Positions 34,801-42,754 of a stretch of DNA of 64,000 nt are shown here, piece after piece. Under the pieces are notes generated by a model that ran no database searches, was not told the DNA's origin, and saw only the letters and a list, made by a program, of their open reading frames with translations. Position numbers and translations under genes: made by a program. Numbering within the stretch: the first letter of the stretch is position 1; every line of letters starts with the position of its first letter. Source of the DNA: Candidatus Parcubacteria bacterium (GTDB lineage Bacteria; Patescibacteriota; Patescibacteriia; Patescibacteriales; UBA12075); assembly GCA_963814275.1 (NCBI GenBank), contig CAWFCE010000002.1:1195263-1259262 (forward strand), written 5' to 3'.

Positions 34801-35150
34801 ATGGGAATAGACAACAAGCCTTTTACGGCAGAGCAACTCCAGGAACAGATTAATTTTTTTGGAATTGATTGCACTGTAAAAAAACACCTGGAGAAAAATA
34901 TATATTTTTTAGTTGTGACTCTATGGAAGACGCGGAATCAATAGTAGTAAGTTTTTGGGGAAAAAGAGATCAATCAGTTGTTGACGGCCTTAACCGAGGC
35001 ATGCTAAAACCTAGTCATGAAATTACTACAGGTGCCAGAACGGAAATCACTGAAATCGGAGGCAAAGCAACATTAATTATTAGTGAAAACGGTGCTCCAC
35101 TTTCGGAAAAAACAATTTCAGCATTAGAAGATGGAGGATTTACAATTTAA
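34801..35150 (+). pseudogene. hypothetical cassette gene with a frame break at an A7 run (cassette 14)
   Basis: The ATG at 34801 opens MGIDNKPFTAEQLQEQINFFGIDCTVKK. After the A7 run (about 34877-34883) the reading continues in another frame as TPGEKYIFFSCDSMEDAES... to 35150; one extra A would fuse the two frames. Alternatively an intact ORF could start at ATG 34923. Confidence 0.4.
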
Positions 35151-35232
35151 TTATTGATAAATTACTCAAGGGGGCGCTGCGCTTCAGGTCTGCCTTTTAC
35201 AATTAATAATATTGAGAGCAGACCTGACCCTC

Positions 35233-35331
35233 GCCTAACAACGCGATATGCGGTTCGGCCCTCGGCTCGGGCCTCACCCAAATTTTCTTTCACTTCGTTC
35301 AAGAAAACTTCGTATATCGGTGATGTTGTAC
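35233..35331 (+). repeat. attC-like site 14
   Basis: R'' GCCTAAC is the reverse complement of the upstream GTTAGGC. Near-identical to site 2 apart from H2. R' is GTTGTAC (35325-31). Preceded by a hairpin module at 35165-35232. Confidence 0.75.
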
Positions 35332-35359
35332 GAAATAAAAATTTAATTATTTTGCTACC

Positions 35360-36079
35360 ATGAAATTCAAGGAAGCATACAAACACATAAACCCCACCGA
35401 ATACATAAATATTTTTTCCAACCCTCAATGGTATTTGGAAATACAAGCTGAACTAAAGGATTTTTTTTATGATTATGACGGCAATAAGGATAACAAATCG
35501 CAAGAATGGCTTGAAAAAAGGAAAGAATTTGTAAAAATGGTTTGTGAACTTTTAGAAGCTGGCAAAGTTGCTCTTGGCGACTCTGGTATAAACTGGGATA
35601 AAGACCGTTTACCCATAGATACAATTGTTATACATCATACGAGCACGCCATCAGACACCCCCGTTATAGCCATTGATGCACTGGGATTGATTCGTTTGTA
35701 TGCACCGAATTACAGCAAAAAAAATGAGGAGCAATTTGGCCAGCCAATATGGTCAAACCATTTTTGCAAAAATCAACAAACATTCGTTGCTTATCATTAC
35801 ATAATCAGACAGGATGGTTCTTTTGAACACATATTACAAGATGACCAAATAGGTTGGCATTGTGGCAATTGGGATTATAACTGCAGAAGTATTGCGATTT
35901 GTTTTCTTGGTGATTTAAAAGAAAAAAAACCGACTGAAAAAGCACTTCAAACGGCGAATGAAATCATAAAAAAATATCCAAATTGTAATATATTCGGTCA
36001 TAGAGAAATTAAACCCACAACAACTTGCCCAGGTAATCTGTTTCTAGGGAAAGAGGGTTGGAAAACGACATATTTCTAA
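35360..36079 (+). CDS. N-acetylmuramoyl-L-alanine amidase (amidase_2/PGRP fold) (cassette 15)
   Basis: 239 aa. IVIHHTSTP...AYHYIIRQDG...GWHCGNWDYNCRSIAICFLG...GHREI...TCPG. Confidence 0.75.
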   Translation: MKFKEAYKHINPTEYINIFSNPQWYLEIQAELKDFFYDYDGNKDNKSQEWLEKRKEFVKMVCELLEAGKVALGDSGINWDKDRLPIDTIVIHHTSTPSDTPVIAIDALGLIRLYAPNYSKKNEEQFGQPIWSNHFCKNQQTFVAYHYIIRQDGSFEHILQDDQIGWHCGNWDYNCRSIAICFLGDLKEKKPTEKALQTANEIIKKYPNCNIFGHREIKPTTTCPGNLFLGKEGWKTTYF

Positions 36080-36107
36080 GAACGCAAAATAATTAAATTT
36101 TTACATC

Positions 36108-36186
36108 GTACAACACTGAATATCTGGTTCCGTTATCGCTCCACCCAAATTGCTGACGCAACTTCAGATATTCAGAAACGTTATCG
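36108..36186 (+). repeat. attC-like site 15 (shortest, 79 bp)
   Basis: R'' GTACAAC is the reverse complement of the upstream GTTGTAC. CTGAATATCTGG / CAGATATTCAG stems; GGTTCC; CCACCCAAATT; hairpin GCTGACGCAA; CTTCAG. R' is GTTATCG (36180-86). Confidence 0.75.
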
Positions 36187-36253
36187 GAAATATTGCTCAT
36201 TAAAATATTTTTTTGTAAGAGGGCTTGAAATTAACTATCAAAGGAGGATTGTA

Positions 36254-36544
36254 ATGAAGAAAAAATCTTTACACAACGTTGGAGATTTGGTCGTATTTAA
36301 TGAAACCAAAGAATTTGGGAACAAAAATGACCGTATATTTCACATCCACGCCATTCGATATGGCAAATGCACTGGAATTCCTAAAAAACAATATTGGTTC
36401 GCTGGTTTCCTGCTGGAAATTGGAAAACACGAGAGTGAGGGTTTACCTCAAATTCCAGTTTTTGCAACAACCTTAACCAACGCTTCCGAAAATCAATTGA
36501 GTTCATTAGAGCATCTACAATGCCGTTTCAACCCATGGAAATAA
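36254..36544 (+). CDS. hypothetical protein (cassette 16)
   Basis: 96 aa. SD AAAGGAGGA upstream of the ATG. Confidence 0.5.
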   Translation: MKKKSLHNVGDLVVFNETKEFGNKNDRIFHIHAIRYGKCTGIPKKQYWFAGFLLEIGKHESEGLPQIPVFATTLTNASENQLSSLEHLQCRFNPWK

Positions 36545-36651
36545 TCTACGCCCTTTGTCTTCGCGGGAATAAACAATATTCCCGCCCTCTTTTCAAAAAA
36601 ATATTTTTGCTGGCTTATCAGCCAACGGCTATCACTAATGAGCAATATATC

Positions 36652-36759
36652 CGATAACAGCACGCTATCCGGTTCGCGCTTGCCCTGTCGGGCAAATGCT
36701 CACCCAAATCCCGACTCCGATTCACTACATCGGGACTTCGGATATCGGCATATGTTATG
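36652..36759 (+). repeat. attC-like site 16
   Basis: R'' CGATAAC is the reverse complement of the upstream GTTATCG. Family shared with sites 18, 23 and 24 (GCACG.TATCCGG ... CCGATATC). H1 stem TTGCCC/GGGCAA. R' is GTTATGT (36753-59). Confidence 0.75.
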
Positions 36760-36815
36760 TGAAATTTAAGTTGTGGCCTTAATTAAATTTAATATATTCA
36801 ATAACTTCTCTCTTA

Positions 36816-37208
36816 ATGATAAAACAAGTTTCATTGTTAATATTATTTGATAAAGATAAGCGCATTTTATTGCAACATCGTTCCGAAGATCAAGAAGGAT
36901 TACCTGGCTATTGGGCTTTTTTTGGTGGTCATATTGAAAACGGCGAAACACCAGAGCAGGCATTACTGAGAGAGTCTGAGGAGGAATTAGAGTATATGCC
37001 GGAAAACCCCCGCCTAGTTATGACTCAGGATTTTATGCACGACAATATACGACATAGAAAATACGTTTATTTAGAGGAATATAATAACAGCAAACTTGTT
37101 CAACACGAGGGTCAAGCTATGGGATGGTACCATTTAGGCGAAATACAAAAATTAAAAATGGTAGACCACGACCGAGAAGTTATTGATTATATTAAAAACA
37201 AATATTGA
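36816..37208 (+). CDS. NUDIX hydrolase (cassette 17; duplicated at 60271-60663)
   Basis: 130 aa. Nudix box [23 protein letters not shown]. Protein sequence identical to the array 2 copy. Confidence 0.85.
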   Translation: MIKQVSLLILFDKDKRILLQHRSEDQEGLPGYWAFFGGHIENGETPEQALLRESEEELEYMPENPRLVMTQDFMHDNIRHRKYVYLEEYNNSKLVQHEGQAMGWYHLGEIQKLKMVDHDREVIDYIKNKY

Positions 37209-37227
37209 GTGCCACAACTTAAACATC

Positions 37228-37433
37228 ACATAACACCGCGATAAGCGGCTCCAGAAAATTTTCTTTATTAATATTAAACAGGAATAAAATTTTCTACCGG
37301 CCCAAATTTCATTTCAGTTTTCTGATGAACGTTCAATAAACGTTCATCGCTCCACGATTGTCTGATATTGATAATAATCGATTCTAAAACGGAAAACTGA
37401 AGTGAAACTTCGCTTCATCGGGAAATGTTAAAT
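37228..37433 (+). repeat. attC-like site 17 (206 bp)
   Basis: R'' ACATAAC is the reverse complement of the upstream GTTATGT. Long branched H2. R' is GTTAAAT (37427-33). Duplicated with the NUDIX cassette in array 2. Confidence 0.72.
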
Positions 37434-37497
37434 GAAATATCTAAAACAAATTCCCTATCGGGAATTTTATCTGCAAGTTTATAATTAATTTTCTTAT

Positions 37498-38160
37498 ATG
37501 AAAAACAAATTTTTTTTACTATTAATCTTAGTCATTATCTTAGCTGGGTGCAATAAACAAAACACAAGTATTAATTTAACCCCAGATAATCAAACTAAAA
37601 ATATTTCAAACTCAACAAACGATACTAATACATCAATACAGGAAAACGTAGAAGCAAAAAACAATATTCCCGAAGAAAAACCAACAGAAATTAAGCAAGA
37701 AGACGATATAAAAATACAAAATATTAATAATAAAAAAAGTTATCAAAATTTAACAACTGGGTTTAGCTTAGAATTTCCAGAGGCATTAATATTCAGGAAT
37801 AACGCTTTTTACACCGAGGTAAACTGGGACGGTATTGTAAATAAAAAAACTGACCATATGTACGTTCCTGAATTTACTGTCCGTTTTGCATCTGATGTGT
37901 CATTAGATGAATTTATTTATAATTCGATTAACCCAAATTATAAAAATCATTTTAATTCAAACAAAAACAAAATCAAAGAACAAAAAACAATAGGAAATAA
38001 TAAATTCTTTATGATAAACAGTAAAAATTTTGATAGCAATGGTTGTAGTTACTATATAGAAAATAATAAAAATATAATGAGATTAAGTACCGCATATAAC
38101 TGCGGTGAAAACGAATTAATAGAAAACGTTTTGATATCTATTAAAACAACAGAAAATTAA
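37498..38160 (+). CDS. putative lipoprotein (cassette 18)
   Basis: 220 aa. Signal peptide with lipobox ILAGC; Asn/Lys-rich. Confidence 0.55.
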   Translation: MKNKFFLLLILVIILAGCNKQNTSINLTPDNQTKNISNSTNDTNTSIQENVEAKNNIPEEKPTEIKQEDDIKIQNINNKKSYQNLTTGFSLEFPEALIFRNNAFYTEVNWDGIVNKKTDHMYVPEFTVRFASDVSLDEFIYNSINPNYKNHFNSNKNKIKEQKTIGNNKFFMINSKNFDSNGCSYYIENNKNIMRLSTAYNCGENELIENVLISIKTTEN

Positions 38161-38212
38161 TTATAAACTTGCAGATTATTTTTGCTATCGCAAAAATGGT
38201 TTTAGATACAGC

Positions 38213-38318
38213 ACATAACAGCACGATATCCGGTTCGCGCTTTCCTTCGGAAAATGCTCACGCAAATCCCGACTCCGTTTCACTGCGTCGGGACTTCGGA
38301 TATCGGCATACGTTAGGC
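38213..38318 (+). repeat. attC-like site 18
   Basis: R'' ACATAAC has 2 mismatches to the upstream GTTAAAT. Paralog of site 16 with a compensatory H1 stem TTTCC/GGAAA. R' is GTTAGGC (38312-18). Confidence 0.68.
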
Positions 38319-38347
38319 GAAATTTAAAATTTATCTTTATCTCAATT

Positions 38348-38638
38348 ATGTCATTAAACAAACTAAAACATTTTAAAAAACCTTGGGTAATTGGTCTTAT
38401 TGTTGGTATAATCCTAGCCATCGGAAATATATTACTTGCCGGAATTCCAGGGATTATCTTATTTGAAAACACTTTAGATCCGGTACAATCAATTTCTGGT
38501 TGTGCAGGAGAAGACTGTTGGGGTCCATCTGCACTTTATGGTAGTGTAATTTTCTTAATTGTCGGGTTTTTATTTGGTTACCTTGTTGGAATATTTATAA
38601 ATAGATCCTTGAGCAAAGTAGATAAAGATAAATTTTAA
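38348..38638 (+). CDS. small membrane protein (cassette 19)
   Basis: 96 aa, 3 TM helices. The 3' end (GATAAAGATAAATTTTAA) is part of the cassette inverted repeat. Confidence 0.5.
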   Translation: MSLNKLKHFKKPWVIGLIVGIILAIGNILLAGIPGIILFENTLDPVQSISGCAGEDCWGPSALYGSVIFLIVGFLFGYLVGIFINRSLSKVDKDKF

Positions 38639-38712
38639 ACTCAAGGGGGCGCTGCGCTTTCGTCCCGCCCTTTGAATAATATAATTTAATATTGTAGGCG
38701 TGACGAACCCTC

Positions 38713-38811
38713 GCCTAACACCGAGTATACGGAAAAAGGCTCAACTCGCCTTTTTCCCAAATTCGCCTTCGTTTCACTCCGGCGAACTTCGTATACTCGG
38801 AAACGTTATCG
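38713..38811 (+). repeat. attC-like site 19
   Basis: R'' GCCTAAC is the reverse complement of the upstream GTTAGGC. CCGAGTATACGG / CGTATACTCGG stems; H1 AAAAAGGC...GCCTTTTT; CCCAAATT. R' is GTTATCG (38805-11). Preceded by a hairpin module at 38640-38712. Confidence 0.75.
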
Positions 38812-38845
38812 GAAATTACACTTTTTAAAAAATAATTTTATTATT

Positions 38846-39511
38846 ATGAACCATAAACTAAAACCCTTAATCTATAGTTTGATATTTGCTACACCAATAT
38901 ATTTATATGCCACATACGTGTTTAGCTATATTCCAGATTATGATAGTAGCTTTCCTTTTGACAAAGAAGCGTTTTTCTTTGTCCCAGTCTTAACCTATGG
39001 CATCTCAATATTGCTATTCCACATAATTTATATGAAAGCTACAATAAATATTGTTAAAGGTTTTAACGAATACAAAAGAAACAACAAAAAAAAGTATTTA
39101 TATCAAAATTTATTCACCTTTTTGATAGTTTTATCATTCGCCCACCTGTCTTTGGTGGCGCCAAGATACATGCAATCAATAATATTCGTACTTTATTTAA
39201 TAATTTATATTTTAATTATAAAAATCCCCAATCAATACCTTCGCGCTGAATTCAATAACTATAAAAAATATTTTAGAGATGCTAATATATTCAACTTTGT
39301 ATTATCATTCGTGGTTCTTATAAATACTTTTTTATTTATTAGATTCGCAGGAAATATTACCGGAAACGAGGTAGGTGACTTTTTGGCCCTAGTTTATACG
39401 AGTGGATTTTTGTTGTTTCTTTTGTTTGCTTCATTTGTCGTAAATGTATTTATATTACTAATTCATAAAAATTATTTAACAAAAAAACATAACCAACCAC
39501 AAGGTTCATAA
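38846..39511 (+). CDS. polytopic membrane protein (cassette 20)
   Basis: 221 aa with about 6 TM helices. Confidence 0.5.
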   Translation: MNHKLKPLIYSLIFATPIYLYATYVFSYIPDYDSSFPFDKEAFFFVPVLTYGISILLFHIIYMKATINIVKGFNEYKRNNKKKYLYQNLFTFLIVLSFAHLSLVAPRYMQSIIFVLYLIIYILIIKIPNQYLRAEFNNYKKYFRDANIFNFVLSFVVLINTFLFIRFAGNITGNEVGDFLALVYTSGFLLFLLFASFVVNVFILLIHKNYLTKKHNQPQGS

Positions 39512-39589
39512 TAATAAAATTATTTCTTTATTTGGGCTATTCGCCCAAATGTCCTTCCCTATCGGTCAGGACTAAAAAGTGTAACTGTC

Positions 39590-39726
39590 CGATAACAGCG
39601 TATATCAGGTTCCGACTCCCCTGTCGGTGAGCCTCCACCCAAATTCGGTCTCCATAATTTGCTGGTGCTCCGCACAATTTTAGAAAATTACTACGACTGT
39701 ACTTCTAATATACGCATATGTTAGAT
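39590..39726 (+). repeat. attC-like site 20
   Basis: R'' CGATAAC is the reverse complement of the upstream GTTATCG. GGTTCC; CCACCCAAATT. R' is GTTAGAT (39720-26). Confidence 0.7.
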
Positions 39727-39763
39727 GAAATGACTCCATATTCATTACGTCACATCATCTAAC
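39721..39763 (+). other. minimal ORF-less cassette (43 bp)
   Basis: TTAGAT-GAAATGAC...GTCACATC-ATCTAAC: just a short inverted repeat between an R' and the next R''. Confidence 0.5.
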
Positions 39764-40325
39764 ACTGTGTAACTGGCTCCGCTAAATAAATAATTTCATT
39801 TCAATATTATGGCTTACTATAACAAAATCGGCTTATTGATTTTAAATGAAAATGCTACTAAATTTCTTGTTTGTGAGCCTGGCAACCTGTATAAAAATAA
39901 AAACGTTACTCAGTATTTAATGCCCGGCGGGAAATACGAAGAAGATTCTGTCGAGGATTGTTTAAAATCCGAAACAAAAGAAGAGCTTGGTTGTGAATTG
40001 GACATAAGCAGTGTTAAATATATTAATGAATACCTCGACGTAGCCGCGGCAAGCCCCAATCGCGATGTCTCAATTCGTTTATATGAAGGAAAACTCATTG
40101 GCAAACCCGTTCCCTCAACTGAAATAGGCGCTCTTCATTGGATTGGAAAAAGAGACGTTAATAATGAAAAAGTTTCTGCCATAATAAAAAATAAAATAAT
40201 CCCCGATTTAGTGGAGAAAAAAATATTGAAATAAAATTATTTATTTAGCTCCGCCCAAATTTTTGAAATAATTAATTAACTTGATAAGGAATTTCAAAAA
40301 CTTCAGTTACACATAAACGTTAGAT
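39757..40325 (+). repeat. attC-like site 21, split by a nested cassette (39783-40247)
   Basis: R'' ATCTAAC. L'' TGTGTAACTG (39766-75) pairs with L' CAGTTACACA (40305-14). The direct repeat GCTCCGC occurs at 39776-82 and 40248-54, the latter abutting CCAAATTT. R' is GTTAGAT (40319-25). Confidence 0.72.
39809..40234 (+). CDS. NUDIX-like hydrolase (nested cassette)
   Basis: 141 aa. Nudix-box-like PGGKYEEDSVEDCLKSETKEELG. Flanked by the perfect 15-bp inverted repeat CTAAATAAATAATTT (39782-96 / 40234-48). Confidence 0.6.
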   Translation: MAYYNKIGLLILNENATKFLVCEPGNLYKNKNVTQYLMPGGKYEEDSVEDCLKSETKEELGCELDISSVKYINEYLDVAAASPNRDVSIRLYEGKLIGKPVPSTEIGALHWIGKRDVNNEKVSAIIKNKIIPDLVEKKILK

Positions 40326-40398
40326 GAAATAAATAAATGCTTTTCGGCTAACGCCGAAAAATTATTCGGGCAAATATTTATTATTCAATACTAAAAGA

Positions 40399-40944
40399 AT
40401 GAACAAAAAAATAATATTGACGTTAAGCATTTTAGCCCTTATGGCTATCGGGCTCTATTTCTGGATTGTTAACAAATATCAACCTAAACCTGAAACAAAT
40501 ATCCCACTGGTTAATCAACCGGTTGTGGAAGATGCACAGATGGACGAAACTAAAAAAATTGACAATTGGCAGACTTATACAAACAAAGATTATGGTTTCG
40601 AATTCCAATACCCAAGTGATTTAAAGAAAAAAGATAATCATTATTATTTTTTTGATCTAGTAAATAAGCAAGTTACAATACATATAGATATTCTTGATGA
40701 AAAATTTGATATTAATAATGTAAAAAGCCCTATTGGATACGTCCCAAAAGACACAATCAGTGAAACCACAATTAATGGAATTAAAGCCTACTTCTTTAGT
40801 GATGGTGACATGGGTGCAGGGGGAAATAGCTATAGAATGCCAATCGACGAAAATCATACTTTACTTATTTGGTTTGTTACAGAAGGCGGCCCATACCAGA
40901 ACGAAAATAAAATTCTTTCAAGTATAAAAATATTGAATAAATAA
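40399..40944 (+). CDS. TM-anchored extracytoplasmic protein (cassette 23)
   Basis: 181 aa with an N-terminal TM helix. Confidence 0.5.
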   Translation: MNKKIILTLSILALMAIGLYFWIVNKYQPKPETNIPLVNQPVVEDAQMDETKKIDNWQTYTNKDYGFEFQYPSDLKKKDNHYYFFDLVNKQVTIHIDILDEKFDINNVKSPIGYVPKDTISETTINGIKAYFFSDGDMGAGGNSYRMPIDENHTLLIWFVTEGGPYQNENKILSSIKILNK

Positions 40945-40991
40945 AATTTGCCCAAATAATACTCGCTATCGCTCGCGAATTTATTTACATC

Positions 40992-41095
40992 AGCTAACAG
41001 CACGATATCCGGTTTGCGCTTACCTCCGGCAAACGCTCACCCAAATCCCGATATCGCTTCGCTCATCGGGACTTCGGATATCGGCAATGTTATCG
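40992..41095 (+). repeat. attC-like site 23
   Basis: R'' AGCTAAC has 1 mismatch to the upstream GTTAGAT. Family of sites 16, 18 and 24. R' is GTTATCG (41089-95). Confidence 0.7.
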
Positions 41096-41149
41096 GAAAT
41101 AGGAAAAAAAATATTTTCTTCCAGAAAATACAAATTATTTTTGAAAATT

Positions 41150-41187
41150 AAAAAGCCTCGTGGTTACTTAAGTATTATCCACGAGGC
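41150..41187 (-). terminator. rho-independent terminator of the reverse-oriented cassette gene
   Basis: GCCTCGTGG...CCACGAGGC hairpin followed by a T-run on the minus strand. Confidence 0.55.
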
Positions 41188-41205
41188 CAATTAAACGGTT
41201 TTATT

Positions 41206-41460
41206 TTATCTATCTGTAAAATATGGGCATCTACCACAATAAGTAGATACTTCCTCCTTAGATCTTGGAGGTCCTGGATTACAGTACGACAAGTAACACG
41301 AACCTTCTTTGCCCAATTGCCAGTGTTTGCACAACACTTTTGTGCGACCGTCAAGGTAAACATTAACAATTGCTTGACAGGGCTTGTCAAAGACATTCTT
41401 TCTTGACCTGTCTGCCCCCATACAAGGAACTATATGTGATTGTAATAAAACACTTTCCAT
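41206..41460 (-). CDS. small Cys-rich protein (reverse-oriented cassette 24)
   Basis: 84 aa. Strong SD (AAGGAGGAATC-ATG on the minus strand); 8 Cys including CGRC. Confidence 0.55.
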   Translation of the reverse strand: MESVLLQSHIVPCMGADRSRKNVFDKPCQAIVNVYLDGRTKVLCKHWQLGKEGSCYLSYCNPGPPRSKEEVSTYCGRCPYFTDR

Positions 41461-41609
41461 GATTCCTCCTTGTTCAGTTATAATATTTCCAAAAATAATT
41501 TAAAAATAGTGCGGGATTTTATAGCGTTTAAAACTAACATCACAGATATTATATTTTACACTTTTTAGGAAGAAAGTCAAGACACTATTTCCTGTTTTTT
41601 ACTACTATC

Positions 41610-41697
41610 CGATAACAGCCGATATCCGGTTTGCGCTTACCTCTGGCAAATGCTTACCCTTCGCTACTCGGGACTTCGGTTATCACAAACGTTAGGC
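41610..41697 (+). repeat. attC-like site 24 (CCCAAAT core partly deleted)
   Basis: R'' CGATAAC is the reverse complement of the upstream GTTATCG. Aligns with site 23 but lacks about 6 nt of the central motif. R' is GTTAGGC (41691-97). Confidence 0.65.
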
Positions 41698-41786
41698 GAC
41701 ATTTGCGAGCGTGTTAATTTGTCTACAGGATCCTAACAAAAAATAATTATAAATAAAGATTATTTTTAAACAAAATTTGTATAAAT

Positions 41787-41921
41787 ATGAAAAAAAACAT
41801 AAAACAGGCAATTAAAATTCACCAACAAGGTTTTCTTCCGATAGTAGAAAAATATATTAGGAATAAAAATCTTTTAGATGTTGGCTGCGGGAATGGATTA
41901 AATTCATTTTTCTTAATATAA
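41787..41921 (+). pseudogene. truncated SAM-methyltransferase fragment (cassette 25)
   Basis: A 44-codon ORF ending just after motif I (LLDVGCGNG). It runs directly into a 5'-truncated attC-like site lacking R''. Confidence 0.5.
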
Positions 41922-41924
41922 AAC

Positions 41925-42047
41925 TTTCTCTTACGCATTCGCTTCAGAGAAATTATAATATTGAAATTCTTTCACCCAAATTTTGCAGATGAATATAAAT
42001 ATTAATAAGGTATCTGCAAAACTTCGCAACATGCGGATATGTTCAGC
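41925..42047 (+). repeat. attC-like site 25, 5'-truncated
   Basis: TTCACCCAAATT, H2 TTGCAGATG...TCTGCAA and ACTTCG are present, and R' is GTTCAGC (42041-47). No recognisable R''. Confidence 0.5.
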
Positions 42048-42094
42048 AAAATCGTGCGCCTTCGCTAACGCTCGGCGCTTCGATCTTGCTGAAC
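42042..42094 (+). other. minimal ORF-less cassette (53 bp)
   Basis: TTCAGCAAAATCG...CGATCTT-GCTGAAC. R'' GCTGAAC (42088-94) is the reverse complement of the upstream GTTCAGC. Confidence 0.5.
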
Positions 42095-42165
42095 GGTCGC
42101 GGTGCCCGAATCAGTTAAATAAAATAGCCTCGGCCATTATTCTTGTATCAAAGTATTGACAACGT

Positions 42166-42196
42166 AAAAAAGCCGCTACTTAATTTCACGGCTTTT
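42166..42196 (-). terminator. possible bidirectional terminator downstream of the reverse gene
   Basis: AAAAGCCG...CGGCTTTT hairpin with an A-run and a T-run on either side. Confidence 0.45.
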
Positions 42197-42271
42197 GAAT
42201 GGACTATCTCACTTTACACGGAACATCTGGTCCGTAAAAAGGAATTTAATAAATTGAACCCTTTTTACAGT

Positions 42272-42754
42272 TTACCTGGCTATGCGTTTGTAAATGAAAA
42301 AAGGCATTAACATGATGATTAGCTCCCTGCTCCACCATTCCCATTTTGTACGAGTGCGTTTTTGCCCTGATTCGACGCAAAACCACTCATTAGAATATAG
42401 TCTCACTTCTTCACATGCGTTAACCTTAATTTGTGCGCCAGCTTCTCGGACAGCATAAGTCAGATCCCTAACACAGCGCCACATGTGAGGTTTTGCGGCT
42501 ACAATCAAAAGATTTGTAATTCCTCTACGCATTGCCCACTGAACAGCCCCCCTTGCTATTCGCAAAGTAGGCGGCGGATAACCTGGTTGTTCTTTCGTAA
42601 ATTCAACTTCAATTTTCGGCTCAACCATAACGTCAACCTGAGTATATACTGGTGCGCATAATTCCCTGGCTTTCCGCGAAGCGATTTCAGAAATTAACCT
42701 ATTTGAGAGTAAAGAACTTGGTACCCCAAATGCTTGTGCCACTATTCCTTCCAT
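42272..42754 (-). CDS. hypothetical 160-aa protein (reverse-oriented, last unit of array 1)
   Basis: SD AAAGGAGGTTCAAT-ATG on the minus strand. GC content is higher than in neighbouring cassettes. Confidence 0.55.
   Translation of the reverse strand: MEGIVAQAFGVPSSLLSNRLISEIASRKARELCAPVYTQVDVMVEPKIEVEFTKEQPGYPPPTLRIARGAVQWAMRRGITNLLIVAAKPHMWRCVRDLTYAVREAGAQIKVNACEEVRLYSNEWFCVESGQKRTRTKWEWWSRELIIMLMPFFIYKRIAR

Noticed and set aside
33901-35446. Short ORFs 33901-34101(+), 34028-34240(-), 34540-34887(-), 35154-35363(+), 35162-35446(-), and likewise 38185-38472(-), 36766-36963(-) and 60985-61230(-).
   Set aside because: They run across attC-like palindromes or antisense to better-supported cassette genes, and they have no RBS. 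They are treated as chance ORFs in AT-rich or palindromic sequence.
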